DNA of 64,000 bases from Tubulanus polymorphus (GCF_964204645.1 NC_134025.1:31948788-32012787); one strand, 5' to 3'. Counted from the first letter of the stretch, positions 12,170 to 26,900 are shown. Notes: generated from the letters alone by a model not told the origin. Made by a program: numbers and translations.

Positions 12170-15100
12170 GAACTGATTTCAAATAGATAGGTTGAAAGAA
12201 TCGGAATTTTCTGGCTGCTTTTGGTTCTGAAGATGATGGATTCAATCTGAAAAGATGTGTTAAGGCGTATTGAACTGATTTAAAATAGATAGGTGGAAAG
12301 ATTAAGAATTTTCTGGCTATTTATGCTCCTGAAGATGATGGACTCGATCTGAAATGATAGGTTAAGGTAAACTGAACTTATTTCGAGTAGATGGACTGAA
12401 AGATACAGATTTTTCTTGCAAAATAGGGTCCTAAAGATGATGAATTCTATCTTAATTGATGGGTTAGGGTGTACTGAACTGATTTCAAATAGATAGGTTG
12501 AAAGAATCAGAATTTTCTGGCTGCTTTTGGTTCTGAAGATGATGGATTCAATCTGAAAAGATGTGTTAAGGCGTATTGAACTGATTTAAAATAGATAGGT
12601 GGAAAGATTAAGAATTTTCTGGCTATTTATGCTCCTGAAGATGATGGACTCGATCTGAAATGATAGGTTAAGGTAAACTGAACTGATTTCGAGTAGATGG
12701 ACTGAAAGATACATATTTTTCTTGCAAAGTAGGGTCCTAAAGATGATAAGTTCTATCTTAATTGATTGGTTAGGGTGTACTGAACTGATTTCAAATAGAT
12801 AGGTGGAAAGATTAAGAATTTTCTGGCTATTTATGCTCCTGAAGATGATGGACTCGATCTGAAACGATAGGTTAAGGTAAACTGAACTGATTTCGTGTAG
12901 ATTGACTGAAAGATACAGATTTTTCTTGCAAAATAGGGTCCTAAAGATGATGAATTCTATCTTAATTGATGGGTTAGGGTGTACTGAACTGATTTCAAAT
13001 AGATAGGTTGAAAGAATCAGAATTTTCTGGCTGCTTTTTGTTCTGAAGATGATGGATTCAACCTGAAAAGATGTGTTAAGGCGTATTGAACTGATTTCAA
13101 ATAGATAGGTGGAAAGATTCAGAATTTTCTGGGTACTTATGCTCCTGAAGATGATGGACTCGATCTGAAATGATAGGTTAAGGTAAACTGAACTGATTTC
13201 GAGTAGATGGACTGAAAGATACAGATTTTTCTTGCAAAATAGGGTCCTAAAGATGATGAATTCTATCTTAATTGATGGGTTAGGGTGAAATGAACTGATT
13301 TCAAATAGATAGGTGGAAAGAATCAGAATTTTCTGGCTGCCTTTGGTTCTGAAGATGATGGACTCAATCTGAAAAGATGGGCTAAGGCGTATGGAACTGA
13401 TTTCAAATAGATAGGTGGAAAGATTAAGAATTTTCTGGCTATTTATGCTCCTGAAGATGATGGACTCGATCTGAAACGATAGGTTAAGGTAAACTGAACT
13501 GATTTCGAGTAGATGGACTGAAAGATACAGATTTTTCTTGCAAAATAGGGTCCTAAAGATGATGAATTCTATCTTAATTGATGGGTTAGGGTGTACTGAA
13601 CTGATTTCAAATAGATAGGTTGAAAGAATCAGAATTTTCTGGCTGCTTTTGGTTCTGAAGATGATGGATTCAATCTGAAAAGATGTGTTAAGGCGTATTG
13701 AACTGATTTCAAATAGATAGGTGGAAAGATTTAGCATTTTCTGGGTACTGATGCTCCTGAAGATGATGGACTCGATCTGAAATGATAGGTTAAGGTAAAC
13801 TGAACTGATTTCGAGTAGATGGACTGAAAGATACATATTTTTCTTGCAAAGTAGGGTCCTAAAGATGATAAGTTCTATCTTAATTGATTGGTTAGGGTGT
13901 ACTGAACTGATTTCAAATAGATAGGTGGAAAGATTAAGAATTTTCTGGCTATTTATGCTCCTGAAGATGATGGACTCGATCTGAAACGATAGGTTAAGGT
14001 AAACTGAACTGATTTCGTGTAGATTGACTGAAAGATACAGATTTTTCTTGCAAAATAGGGTCCTAAAGATGATGAATTCTATCTTAATTGATGGGTTAGG
14101 GTGTACTGAACTGATTTCAAATAGATAGGTTGAAAGAATCAGAATTTTCTGGCTGCTTTTGGTTCTGAAGATGATGGATTCAACCTGAAAAGATGTGTTA
14201 AGGCGTATTGAACTGATTTCAAATAGATAGGTGGAAAGATTCAGAATCTTCTGGGTACTTATGCTCCTGAAGATGATGGACTCGATCTGAAATGATAGGT
14301 TAAGGCAAACTGAACTGATTTCGAGTAGATGGACTGAAAGATACAGATTTTTCTTGCAAAATAGGGTCCTAAAGATGATGAGTTCTATCTTAATTGATGG
14401 GTTAGGGTGTACTGAACTGATTTCAAATAGATAGGTTGAAAGAATCAGAATTTTCTGGCTGCTTTTGGTTCTGAAGATGATGGATTCGATTTGAAAAGAT
14501 GTGTTAAGGCGTATTGAACTGATTTCAAATAGATAGGTGGAAAGATTCAGAATTTTCTGGGTACTTATGCTCCTGAAGATGATGGACTCGATCTGAAATG
14601 ATAGGTTAAGGTAAACTGAACTGATTTCGAGTAGATGGACTGAAAGATACAGATTTTTCTTGCAAAATAGGGTCCTAAAGATGATGAATTCTATCTTAAT
14701 TGATGGGTTAGGGTGAAATGAACTGATTTCAAATAGATAGGTGGAAAGAATCAGAATTTTCTGGCTGCCTTTGGTTCTGAAGATGATGGACTCAATCTGA
14801 AAAGATGGGCTAAGGCGTATGGAACTGATTTCAAATAGATAGGTGGAAAGATTAAGAATTTTCTGGCTATTTATGCTCCTGAAGATGATGGACTCGATCT
14901 GAAATGATAGGTTAAGGTAAACTGAACTGATTTCGAGTAGATGGACTGAAAGATACAGATTTTTCTTGCAAAATAGGGTCCTAAAGATGATGAATTCTAT
15001 CTTAATTGTTGGGTTAGGGTGTACTGAACTGATGTTCAATAGATTGGTTGAAAGATTCAGAATTTTCTGACTACTTATACTTCTGAAGTTGATTGAAACA

Positions 15101-16521
15101 ATCTGAAAAGATGGGTTAAGGCGTATTGAACTGATTTCAAATAGATAGGTGGAAAGATTAAGAATTTTCTGGCTATTTATGCTCCTGAAGATGATGGACT
15201 CGATCTAAAATGATAGGTTAAGGTAAACTGAACTGATTTGGAGAAGATGGACTGAAAGATACAGATTTTTCTTGCAAAATAGGGTCCTAAAGATGATGAG
15301 TTCTATCTTAATTGATGGGTTAGGGTGTACTGAACTGATTTCAAATAGATAGGTGGAAAGATTAAGAATTTTCTGGCTATTTATGCTCCTGAAGATGATG
15401 GACTCGATCTGAAACGTTAGGTTAAGGTAAACTGAACTGATTTCGTGTAGATGGACTGAAAGATACAGATTTTTCTTGCAAAATAGGGTCCTAAAGATGA
15501 TGAATTCTATCTTAATTGATGGGTTAGGGTGTACTGAACTGATTTCAAATAGATAGGTTGAAAGAATCAGAATTTTCTGGCTGCTTTTGGTTCTGAAGAT
15601 GATGGATTCAACCTGAAAAGATGTGTTAAGGCGTATTGAACTGATTTCAAATAGATAGGTGGAAAGATTCAGAATCTTCTGGGTACTTATGCTCCTGAAG
15701 ATGATGGACTCGATCTGAAATGATAGGTTAAGGCAAACTGAACTGATTTCGAGTAGATGGACTGAAAGATACAGATTTTTCTTGCAAAATAGGGTCCTAA
15801 AGATGATGAGTTCTATCTTAATTGATGGGTTAGGGTGTACTGAACTGATTTCAAATAGATAGGTTGAAAGAATCAGAATTTTCTGGCTGCTTTTGGTTCT
15901 GAAGATGATGGATTCAATTTGAAAAGATGTGTTAAGGCGTATTGAACTGATTTCAAATAGATAGGTGGAAAGATTAAGAATTTTCTGGCTATTTATGCTC
16001 CTGAAGATGATGGACTCGATCTGAAATGATAGGTTAAGGTAAACTGAACTGATTTCGAGTAGATGGACTGAAAGATACAGATTTTTCTTGCAAAATAGGG
16101 TCCTAAAGATGATGAGTTCTATCTTAATTGATGGGTTAGGGTGCACTGAACTGATTTCAAATAGAAAGGTGGAAAGATTAGGAATTTTCTGGTTATTTAT
16201 GCTCCTGAAGATGATGGACTCGATCTGAAATGATAGGTTAAGGTCAACTGAACTGATTTCGAGCAGATGGACTGAAAGATACAGATTTTTCTTGCAAAAT
16301 AGAGTCCTAAAGATGACGAATTCTATCTTAATTGATGGGTTAGGGTGAACTGAACTGATTTCAAATAGATAGGTGGAAAGAATCAGAATTTTCTGGCTTC
16401 CTTTGGTTCTGAAGATGATGGACTCAATCTGAAAAGATTGGCTAAGGCGTATTGAACTGATTTCAAATAGATAGTTGGAAAGATTAAGAATTTTCTGGCT
16501 ATTTATGCTCCTGAAGATGAT

Positions 16522-19500
16522 GGACTCGATCTTAAATGATAGGTTAAGGTAAACTGAACTGATTTCGAGTAGATGGACTGAAAGATACAGATTTATCTTG
16601 CAAAATAGGGTCCTAAAGATGATGAATTCTATCTTAATTGTTGGGTTAGGGTGTACTGAACTGATGTTCAATAGATTGGTTGAAAGATTCAGAATTTTCT
16701 GACTACTTATACTTCTGAAGTTGATTGATTCAATCTGAAAAGATGGGTTAAGGCGTATTGAACGGATTTCAAATAGATGGGTGGAAAGATTAAGAATTTT
16801 CTGGCTATTTATGCTCCTGAAGATGATGGACTCGATCTGAAATGATAGGTTAAGGTAAACTGAACTGATTCCGAGTAGATGGGATGTAAGATACAGATTT
16901 TTGTTGCAAATTAGGGTCCTAAAGATGATGAATTCTATCTTAATTAATGGGTTAGGGTGTAATGAACTGATGTCCAATAGATAGGTTGAAAGAATCAGAA
17001 TTTTCTGGCTGCTTTTGGTTCTGAAGATGATGGATTCAATCTGAAAAGATGGGTTTAGGCGAATTGAACTGATTTCAAATAGATAGGTGGAAAGATTCAG
17101 AATTTTCTGGCTATTTATGCTCCTGAAGATGATGGACTCGATCTGAAACGATAGGTTAAGGTAAACTGAACTGATTTCGAGTAGATGGACTGAAAGATAC
17201 AGATTTTTCTTGCAAAATAGGGTCCTAAAGATGATGAATTCTATCTTGATTGATGGGTTAGGGTGTACTGAACTGATTTCAAATAGATAGGTTGAAAGAA
17301 TCAGAATTTTCTGGCTGCTTTTGGTTCTGAAGATGATGGATTCAATCTGAAAAGATGTGTTAAGGCGTATTGAACTGATTTCAAATAGATAGGTGGAAAG
17401 ATTTAGCATTTTCTGGGTACTGATGCTCCTGAAGATGATGGACTCGATCTGAAATGATAGGTTAAGGTAAACTGAACTGATTTCGAGTAGATGGACTGAA
17501 AGATACATATTTTTCTTGCAAAGTAGGGTCCTAAAGATGATAAGTTCTATCTTAATTGATTGGTTAGGGTGTACTGAACTGATTTCAAATAGATAGGTGG
17601 AAAGATTAAGAATTTTCTGGCTATTTATGCTCCTGAAGATGATGGACTCGATCTGAAACGATAGGTTAAGGTAAACTGAACTGATTTCGTGTAGATTGAC
17701 TGAAAGATACAGATTTTTCTTGCAAAATAGGGTCCTAAAGATGATGAATTCTATCTTAATTGATGGGTTAGGGTGTACTGAACTGATTTCAAATAGATAG
17801 GTTGAAAGAATCAGAATTTTCTGGCTGCTTTTGGTTCTGAAGATGATGGATTCAACCTGAAAAGATGTGTTAAGGCGTATTGAACTGATTTCAAATAGAT
17901 AGGTGGAAAGATTCAGAATCTTCTGGGTACTTATGCTCCTGAAGATGATGGACTCGATCTGAAATGATAGGTTAAGGCAAACTGAACTGATTTCGAGTAG
18001 ATGGACTGAAAGATACAGATTTTTCTTGCAAAATAGGGTCCTAAAGATGATGAGTTCTATCTTAATTGATGGGTTAGGGTGTACTGAACTGATTTCAAAT
18101 AGATAGGTTGAAAGAATCAGAATTTTCTGGCTGCTTTTGGTTCTGAAGATGATGGATTCAACCTGAAAAGATGTGTTAAGGCGTATTGAACTGATTTCAA
18201 ATAGATAGGTGGAAAGATTCAGAATCTTCTGGGTACTTATGCTCCTGAAGATGATGGACTCGATCTGAAATGATAGGTTAAGGCAAACTGAACTGATTTC
18301 GAGTAGATGGACTGAAAGATACAGATTTTTCTTGCAAAATAGGGTCCTAAAGATGATGAGTTCTATCTTAATTGATGGGTTAGGGTGTACTGAACTGATT
18401 TCAAATAGATAGGTGGAAAGAATCAGAATTTTCTGGCTGCCTTTGGTTCTGAAGATGATGGACTCAATCTGAAAAGATTGGCTAAGGCGTATTGAACTGA
18501 TTTCAAATAGATAGTTGGAAAGATTAAGAATTTTCTGGCTATTTATGCTCCTGAAGATGATGGACTCGATCTTAAATGATAGGTTAAGGTAAACTGAACT
18601 GATTTCGAGTAGATGGACTGAAAGATACAGATTTATCTTGCAAAATAGGGTCCTAAAGATGATGAATTCTATCTTAATTGTTGGGTTAGGGTGTACTGAA
18701 CTGATGTTCAATAGATTGGTTGAAAGATTCAGAATTTTCTGACTACTTATACTTCTGAAGTTGATTGATTCAATCTGAAAAGATGGGTTAAGGCGTATTG
18801 AACGGATTTCAAATAGATGGGTGGAAAGATTAAGAATTTTCTGGCTATTTATGCTCCTGAAGATGATGGACTCGATCTGAAATGATAGGTTAAGGTAAAC
18901 TGAACTGATTCCGAGTAGATGGGATGTAAGATACAGATTTTTGTTGCAAATTAGGGTCCTAAAGATGATGAATTCTATCTTAATTAATGGGTTAGGGTGT
19001 AATGAACTGATGTCCAATAGATAGGTTGAAAGAATCAGAATTTTCTGGCTGCTTTTGGTTCTGAAGATGATGGATTCAATCTGAAAAGATGGGTTTAGGC
19101 GAATTGAACTGATTTCAAATAGATAGGTGGAAAGATTCAGAATTTTCTGGCTATTTATGCTCCTGAAGATGATGGACTCGATCTGAAACGATAGGTTAAG
19201 GTAAACTGAACTGATTTCGAGTAGATGGACTGAAAGATACAGATTTTTCTTGCAAAATAGGGTCCTAAAGATGATGAATTCTATCTTGATTGATGGGTTA
19301 GGGTGTACTGAACTGATTTCAAATAGATAGGTTGAAAGAATCAGAATTTTCTGGCTGCTTTTGGTTCTGAAGATGATGGATTCAATCTGAAAAGATGTGT
19401 TAAGGCGTATTGAACTGATTTCAAATAGATAGGTGGAAAGATTTAGCATTTTCTGGGTACTGATGCTCCTGAAGATGATGGACTCGATCTGAAATGATAG

Positions 19501-22140
19501 GTTAAGGTAAACTGAACTGATTTCGAGTAGATGGACTGAAAGATACATATTTTTCTTGCAAAGTAGGGTCCTAAAGATGATAAGTTCTATCTTAATTGAT
19601 TGGTTAGGGTGTACTGAACTGATTTCAAATAGATAGGTGGAAAGATTAAGAATTTTCTGGCTATTTATGCTCCTGAAGATGATGGACTCGATCTGAAACG
19701 ATAGGTTAAGGTAAACTGAACTGATTTCGTGTAGATTGACTGAAAGATACAGATTTTTCTTGCAAAATAGGGTCCCAAAGATGATGAATTCTATCTTAAT
19801 TGATGGGTTAGGGTGTACTGAACTGATTTCAAATAGATAGGTTGAAAGAATCAGAATTTTCTGGCTGCTTTTGGTTCTGAAGATGATGGATTCAACCTGA
19901 AAAGATGTGTTAAGGCGTATTGAACTGATTTCAAATAGATAGGTGGAAAGATTCAGAATCTTCTGGGTACTTATGCTCCTGAAGATGATGGACTCGATCT
20001 GAAATGATAGGTTAAGGCAAACTGAACTGATTTCGAGTAGATGGACTGAAAGATACAGATTTTTCTTGCAAAATAGGGTCCTAAAGATGATGAGTTCTAT
20101 CTTAATTGATGGGTTAGGGTGTACTGAACTGATTTCAAATAGATAGGTTGAAAGAATCAGAATTTTCTGGCTGCTTTTGGTTCTGAAGATGATGGATTCA
20201 ACCTGAAAAGATGTGTTAAGGCGTATTGAACTGATTTCAAATAGATAGGTGGAAAGATTCAGAATCTTCTGGGTACTTATGCTCCTGAAGATGATGGACT
20301 CGATCTGAAATGATAGGTTAAGGCAAACTGAACTGATTTCGAGTAGATGGACTGAAAGATACAGATTTTTCTTGCAAAATAGGGTCCTAAAGATGATGAG
20401 TTCTATCTTAATTGATGGGTTAGGGTGTACTGAACTGATTTCAAATAGATAGGTGGAAAGAATCAGAATTTTCTGGCTGCCTTTGGTTCTGAAGATGATG
20501 GACTCAATCTGAAAAGATGGGCTAAGGCGTATGGAACTGATTTCAAATAGATAGGTGGAAAGATTAAGACTTTTCTGGCTATTTATGCTCCTGAAGATGA
20601 TGGACTCGATCTGAAATGATAGGTTAAGGTAAACTGAACTGATTTCGAGTAGATGGACTGAAAGATACAGATTTTTCTTGCAAAATAGGGTCCTAAAGAT
20701 GATGAATTCTATCTTAATTGTTGGGTTAGGGTGTACTGAACTGATGTTCAATAGATTGGTTGAAAGATTCAGAATTTTCTGACTACTTATACTTCTGAAG
20801 TTGATTGATTCAATCTGAAAAGATGGGTTAAGGCGTATTGAACTGATTTCAAATAGATAGGTGGAAAGATTAAGAATTTTCTGGCTATTTATGCTCCTGA
20901 AGATGATGGACTCCATCTGAAATGATAGGTTAAGGTAAACTGAACTGATTCCGAGTAGATGGGATGTAAGATACAGATTTTTGTTGCAAATTAGGGTCCT
21001 AAAGATGATGAATTCTATCTTATTTAATGGGTTAGGGTGTAATGAACTGATGTCAAATAGATAGGTTGAAAGAATCAGAATTTTCTGGCTGCTTTTGGTT
21101 CTGAAGATGATGGATTCAATCTGAAAAGATGGGTTTAGGCGAATTGAACTGATTTCAAATAGATAGGTGGAAAGATTTAGAATTTTCTGGCTTTTTATGC
21201 TCCTGAAGATGATGGAATCGATCTGAAATGATAGGTTAAGGTCAACTGAACTGATTTCGAGCAGATGGACTGAAAGATACAGATTTTTCTTGCAAAATAG
21301 AGTCCTAAAGATGACGAATTCTATCTTAATTGATGGGTTAGGGTGAACTGAACTGATTTCAAATAGATAGGTGGAAAGAATCAGAATTTTCTGGCTTCCT
21401 TTGGTTCTGAAGATGATGGACTCAATCTGAAAAGATTGGCTAAGGCGTATTGAACTGATTTCAAATAGATAGTTGGAAAGATTAAGAATTTTCTGGCTAT
21501 TTATGCTCCTGAAGATGATGGACTCGATCTTAAATGATAGGTTAAGGTAAACTGAACTGATTTCGAGTAGATGGACTGAAAGATACAGATTTATCTTGCA
21601 AAATAGGGTCCTAAAGATGATGAATTCTATCTTAATTGTTGGGTTAGGGTGTACTGAACTGATGTTCAATAGATTGGTTGAAAGATTCAGAATTTTCTGA
21701 CTACTTATACTTCTGAAGTTGATTGATTCAATCTGAAAAGATGGGTTAAGGCGTATTGAACGGATTTCAAATAGATGGGTGGAAAGATTAAGAATTTTCT
21801 GGCTATTTATGCTCCTGAAGATGATGGACTCGATCTGAAACGATAGGTTAAGGTAAACTGAACTGATTCCGAGTAGATGGGATGTAAGATACAGATTTTT
21901 GTTGCAAATTAGGGTCCTAAAGATGATGAATTCTATCTTAATTAATGGGTTAGGGTGTAATGAACTGATGTCCAATAGATAGGTTGAAAGAATCAGAATT
22001 TTCTGGCTGCTTTTGGTTCTGAAGATGATGGATTCAATCTGAAAAGATGGGTTTAGGCGAATTGAACTGATTTCAAATAGATAGGTGGAAAGATTAAGAA
22101 TTTTCTGGGTACTTATTCTCCTGAAGATGATGGACTCGAT
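16522..22140 (+). repeat. Second copy of block 1-5620 (offset 16521 bp), including the 2040-bp tandem
   Basis: Diagnostic variants are collinear: gattaagact at 4041 and 20562, gggtacttattctcc at ~5586 and ~22107. 16521 = 162x102 - 3, matching the three intervening 1-bp deletions. Confidence 0.92.
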
Positions 22141-24699
22141 CTGAAATGATAGGTTAAGGTAAACTGAACTGATTTCGAGTAGATGGACTGAAAGATACAG
22201 ATTTTTCTTGCAAAGTAGGTTCCTAAAGATGATGAATTCTATCTTAATTGATGGGTTAGGGTGAACTGAACTGATTTCAAATAGATTGGTGGAAAGATTA
22301 AGAATTTTCTGGCTATTTATGCTCCTGAAGATGATGGACTCCATCTGAAATGATAGGTTAAGGTAAACTGAACTGATTTCGAGTAGATGGACTGAAAGAT
22401 ACAGACTTTTCTTGCAAAATAGGGCCCTAAAGATGATGAATTCTATCTTAATTGATGGGTTAGGGTGTACTGAACTGATTTCAAATAGATTGGTGGAAAG
22501 ATTAAGAATTTTCTGGCTATTTATGCTCCTGAAGATGATGGACTCGATCTGAAATGATAGGTTAAGGTAAACTGAACTGATTTCGAGTAGATGGACTGAA
22601 AGATACAGATTTTTCTTGCAAAATAGGGTCCTAAAGATGATGAATTCTATCTTAATTGATGGGTTAGGGTGAACTGAACTGATTTCAAATAGATAGGTGG
22701 AAAGAATCAGAATTTTCTGGCTGCCTTTGGTTCTGAAGATGATGGACTCAATCTGAAAAGATGGGCTAAGGCGTATTGAACTGATTTCAAATAGATAGGT
22801 GGAAAGATTAAGAATTTTCTGGCTATTTATGCTCCTGAGGATGATGCACTCGATCTGAAATGATAGGTTAAGGTAAACTGAACTGATTTCGAGTAGATGG
22901 ACAGAAAGATACAGATTTTTCTTGCAAAATAAGGTCCTAAAGATGATGAATTCTATCTTAATTGATGGGTAAGGGTGTACTGAACTGATTTCAAATAGAT
23001 AGGTTGAAAGAATCAGAATTTTCTGGCTGCTTTTGGTTCTGAAGATGATGGATTCAATCTGAAAAGATGTGTTAAGGCGCATTGAACTGATTTCAAATAG
23101 ATAGGTGGAAAGATTAAGAATTTTCTGGCTATTTATGCTCCTGAAGATGATGGACTCGATCTGAAATGATAGGTTAAGGTAAACTGAACTGATTTCGAGT
23201 AGATGGACTGAAAGATACCGATTTTTCTTGCAAAATAGGGTCCTAAAGATGATGAATTCTATCTTAATTGATGGGTTAGGGTGTACTGAACTGATTTCAA
23301 ATAGATAGGTGGGAAGATTAAGAATTTTCTGGCTATATATGCTCCTGAAGATGATGGACTCGATCTGAAATGATAGGTTAAGGTAAACTGAACTGATTTC
23401 GAGCAGATGGACTGAAAGATACAGATTTTTCTTGCAAAATAGGGTCCTAAGGATGATGAATTCTATCTTAATTGATGGGTTAGGGTGAACTGAACTGATT
23501 TCAAATAGATAGGTGGAAAGAATCAGAATTTTCTGGCTGCCTTTGGTTCTGAAGATGATGGACTCAATCTGAAAAGATGGGCTAAGGCGTATTGAACTGA
23601 TTTCAAATAGATAGGTGGAAAGATTAAGAATTTTCTGGCTATTTATGCTCCTGAAGATGATGGACTCGATCTGAAATGATAGGTTAAGGTAAACTGAACT
23701 GATTTCGAGTAGATGGACTGAAAGATACAGACTTTTCTTGCAAAATAGGGCCCTAAAGATGATGAATTCTATCTTAATTGATGGGTTAGGGTGTACTGAA
23801 CTGATTTCAAATAGATAGGTTGAAAGAATCAGAATTTTCTGGCTGCTTTTGGTTCTGAAGATGATGGATACAATCTGAAAAGATGTGTTAAGGCGTTTTG
23901 AACTGATTTCAAATAGATAGGTGGAAAGATTAAGAATTTTCTGGCTATTTATGCTCCTGAAGATGATGGACTCGATCTGAAATGATAGGTTAAGGTAAAC
24001 TGAACTGATTTCGAGCAGATGGACTGAAAGATACAGATTTTTCTTGCAAAATAGGGCCCTAAAGATGATGAATTCTATCTTAATTGATGGGTTAGGGTGA
24101 ACTGAACTGATTTCAAATAGATAGGTGGAAAGAATCAGAATTTTCTGGCTGCCTTTGGTTCTGAAGATGATGGACTCAATCTGAAAAGATGGGCTTAGGC
24201 GTATTGAACTGATTTCAAATAGATAGGTGGAAAGATTAAGAATTTTCTGGCTATTTATGCTCCTGAGGATGATGCACTCGATCTGAAATGATAGGTTGAG
24301 GTAGACTGAACTGATTTCGAGTAGATGGACTGAAAGATACAGATTTTTCTTGCAAAATAGGGTCCTAAAGGTGATGAATTCTATCTTAATTGATGGGTAA
24401 GGGTGTACTGAACTGATTTCAAATAGATAGGTTGAAAGAATCAGAATTTTCTGGCTGCTTTTGGTTCTGAAGATGATGGATTCAATCTGAAAAGATGTGT
24501 TAAGGCGCATTGAACTGATTTCAAATAGATAGGTGGAAAGATTAAGAATTTTCTGGCTATTTATGCTCCTGAAGATGATGGACTCGATCTGAAATGATAG
24601 GTTAAGGTAAACTGAACTGATTTCGAGTAGATGGACTGAAAGATACAGATTTTTCTTGCAAAATAGGGTCCTAAAGATGATGAATTCTATCTTAATTGA

Positions 24700-26900
24700 T
24701 GGGTTAGGGTGAACTGAACTGATTTCAAATAGATAGGTGGAAAGAATCAGAATTTTCTGGCTGCCTTTGGTTCTGAAGATGATGGACTCAATCTGAAAAG
24801 ATGGGCTAAGGCGTATTGAACTGATTTCAAATAGATAGGTGGAAAGATTAAGAATTTTCTGGCTATTTATGCTCCTGAGGATGATGCACTCGATCTGAAA
24901 TGATAGGTTAAGGTAGACTGAACTGATTTCGAGTAGATGGACTGAAAGATACAGATTTTTCTTGCAAAATAGGGTCCTAAAGATGATGAATTCTATCTTA
25001 ATTGATGGGTAAGGGTGTACTGAACTGATTTCAAATAGATAGGTTGAAAGAATCACAATTTTCTGGCTGCCTTTGGTTCTGAAGATGATGGACTCAATCT
25101 GAAAAGATGGGCTAAGGCGTATTGAACTGATTTCAAATAGATAGGTGGAAAGATTAAGAATTTTCTGGCTATTTATGCTCCTGAAGATGATTGACTCGAT
25201 CTGAAATGATAGGTTAGGTAGACTGAACTGATTTCGAGTAGATGGACTGAAAGATACAGATTTTTCTTGCAAAATAGGGTCCTAAAGATGATGAGTTCTA
25301 TCTTAATTGATGGGTTAGGGTGTACTGAACTGATTTCAAATAGATAGGTTGAAAGATTAAGAATTTTCTGGCTATTTATGCTCCTGAAGATGATGGACTC
25401 GATCTGAAATGATAGGTTAAGGTAAACTGAACTGATTTCGAGCAGATGGACTGAAAGATACAGATTTTTCTTGCAAAATAGGGTCCTAAAGATGATGAAT
25501 TCTATCTTAATTGATGGGTTAGGGTGAACTGAACTGATTTCAAATAGATAGGTGGAAAGAATCAGAATTTTCTGGCTGCCTTTGGTTCTGAAGATGATGG
25601 ACTCAATCTGAAAAGATGGGCTAAGGCGTATTGAACTGATTTCAAATAGATAGGTGGAAAGATTAAGAATTTTCTGGCTATTTATGCTCCTGAGGATGAT
25701 GCACTCGATCTGAAATGATAGGTTAAGGTAGACTGAACTGATTTCGAGTAGATGGACTGAAAGATACAGATTTTTCTTGCAAAATAGGGTCCTAAAGATG
25801 ATGAATTCTATCTTAATTGATGGGTAAGGGTGTACTGAACTGATTTCAAATAGATAGGTTGAAAGAATCACAATTTTCTGGCTGCCTTTGGTTCTGAAGA
25901 TGATGGACTCAATCTGAAAAGATGGGCTAAGGCGTATTGAACTGATTTCAAATAGATAGGTGGAAAGATTAAGAATTTTCTGGCTATTTATGCTCCTGAA
26001 GATGATTGACTCGATCTGAAATGATAGGTTAGGTAGACTGAACTGATTTCGAGTAGATGGACTGAAAGATACAGATTTTTCTTGCAAAATAGGGTCCTAA
26101 AGATGATGAGTTCTATCTTAATTGATGGGTTAGGGTGTACTGAACTGATTTCAAATAGATAGGTTGAAAGATTAAGAATTTTCTGGCTATTTATGCTCCT
26201 GAAGATGATGGACTCGATCTGAAATGATAGGTTAAGGTAAACTGAACTGATTTCGAGCAGATGGACTGAAAGATACAGATTTTTCTTGCAAAATAGGGTC
26301 CTAAAGATGATGAATTCTATCTTAATTGATGGGTTAGGGTGAACTGAACTGATTTCAAATAGATAGGTGGAAAGAATCAGAATTTTCTGGCTGCCTTTGG
26401 TTCTGAAGATGATGGACTCAATCTGAAAAGATGGGCTAAGGCGTATTGAACTGATTTCAAATAGATAGGTGGAAAGATTAAGAATTTTCTGGCTATTTAT
26501 GCTCCTGAGGATGATGCACTCGATCTGAAATGATAGGTTAAGGTAGACTGAACTGATTTCGAGTAGATGGACTGAAAGATACAGATTTTTCTTGCAAAAT
26601 AGGGTCCTAAAGATGATGAATTCTATCTTAATTGATGGGTAAGGGTGTACTGAACTGATTTCAAATAGATAGGTTGAAAGAATCAGAATTTTCTGGCTGC
26701 CTTTGGTTCTGAAGATGATGGACTCAATCTGAAAAGATGGGCTAAGGCGTATTGAACTGATTTCAAATAGATAGGTGGAAAGATTAAGAATTTTCTGGCT
26801 ATTTATGCTCCTGAAGATGATTGACTCGATCTGAAATGATAGGTTAGGTAGACTGAACTGATTTCGAGTAGATGGACTGAAAGATACAGATTTTTCTTGC
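24700..26900 (+). repeat. 815-bp (8 monomers minus 1 bp) tandem higher-order repeat, about 2.7 copies
   Basis: Deletion-bearing monomers occur at 25212, 26027 and 26842. The variant aatcacaatt occurs near 25051 and 25866. Near-identical 304-aa ORFs lie 815 bp apart. Boundaries are approximate. Confidence 0.88.

Noticed and set aside
15205-25272. TPR, ankyrin, PPR, TALE or LRR repeat protein suggested by the 34-aa period on the minus strand
   Set aside because: None of the family consensus patterns is present (almost no Ala or Gly, no TPLH, no LTPxQVVAIAS). The period simply reflects 102/3.
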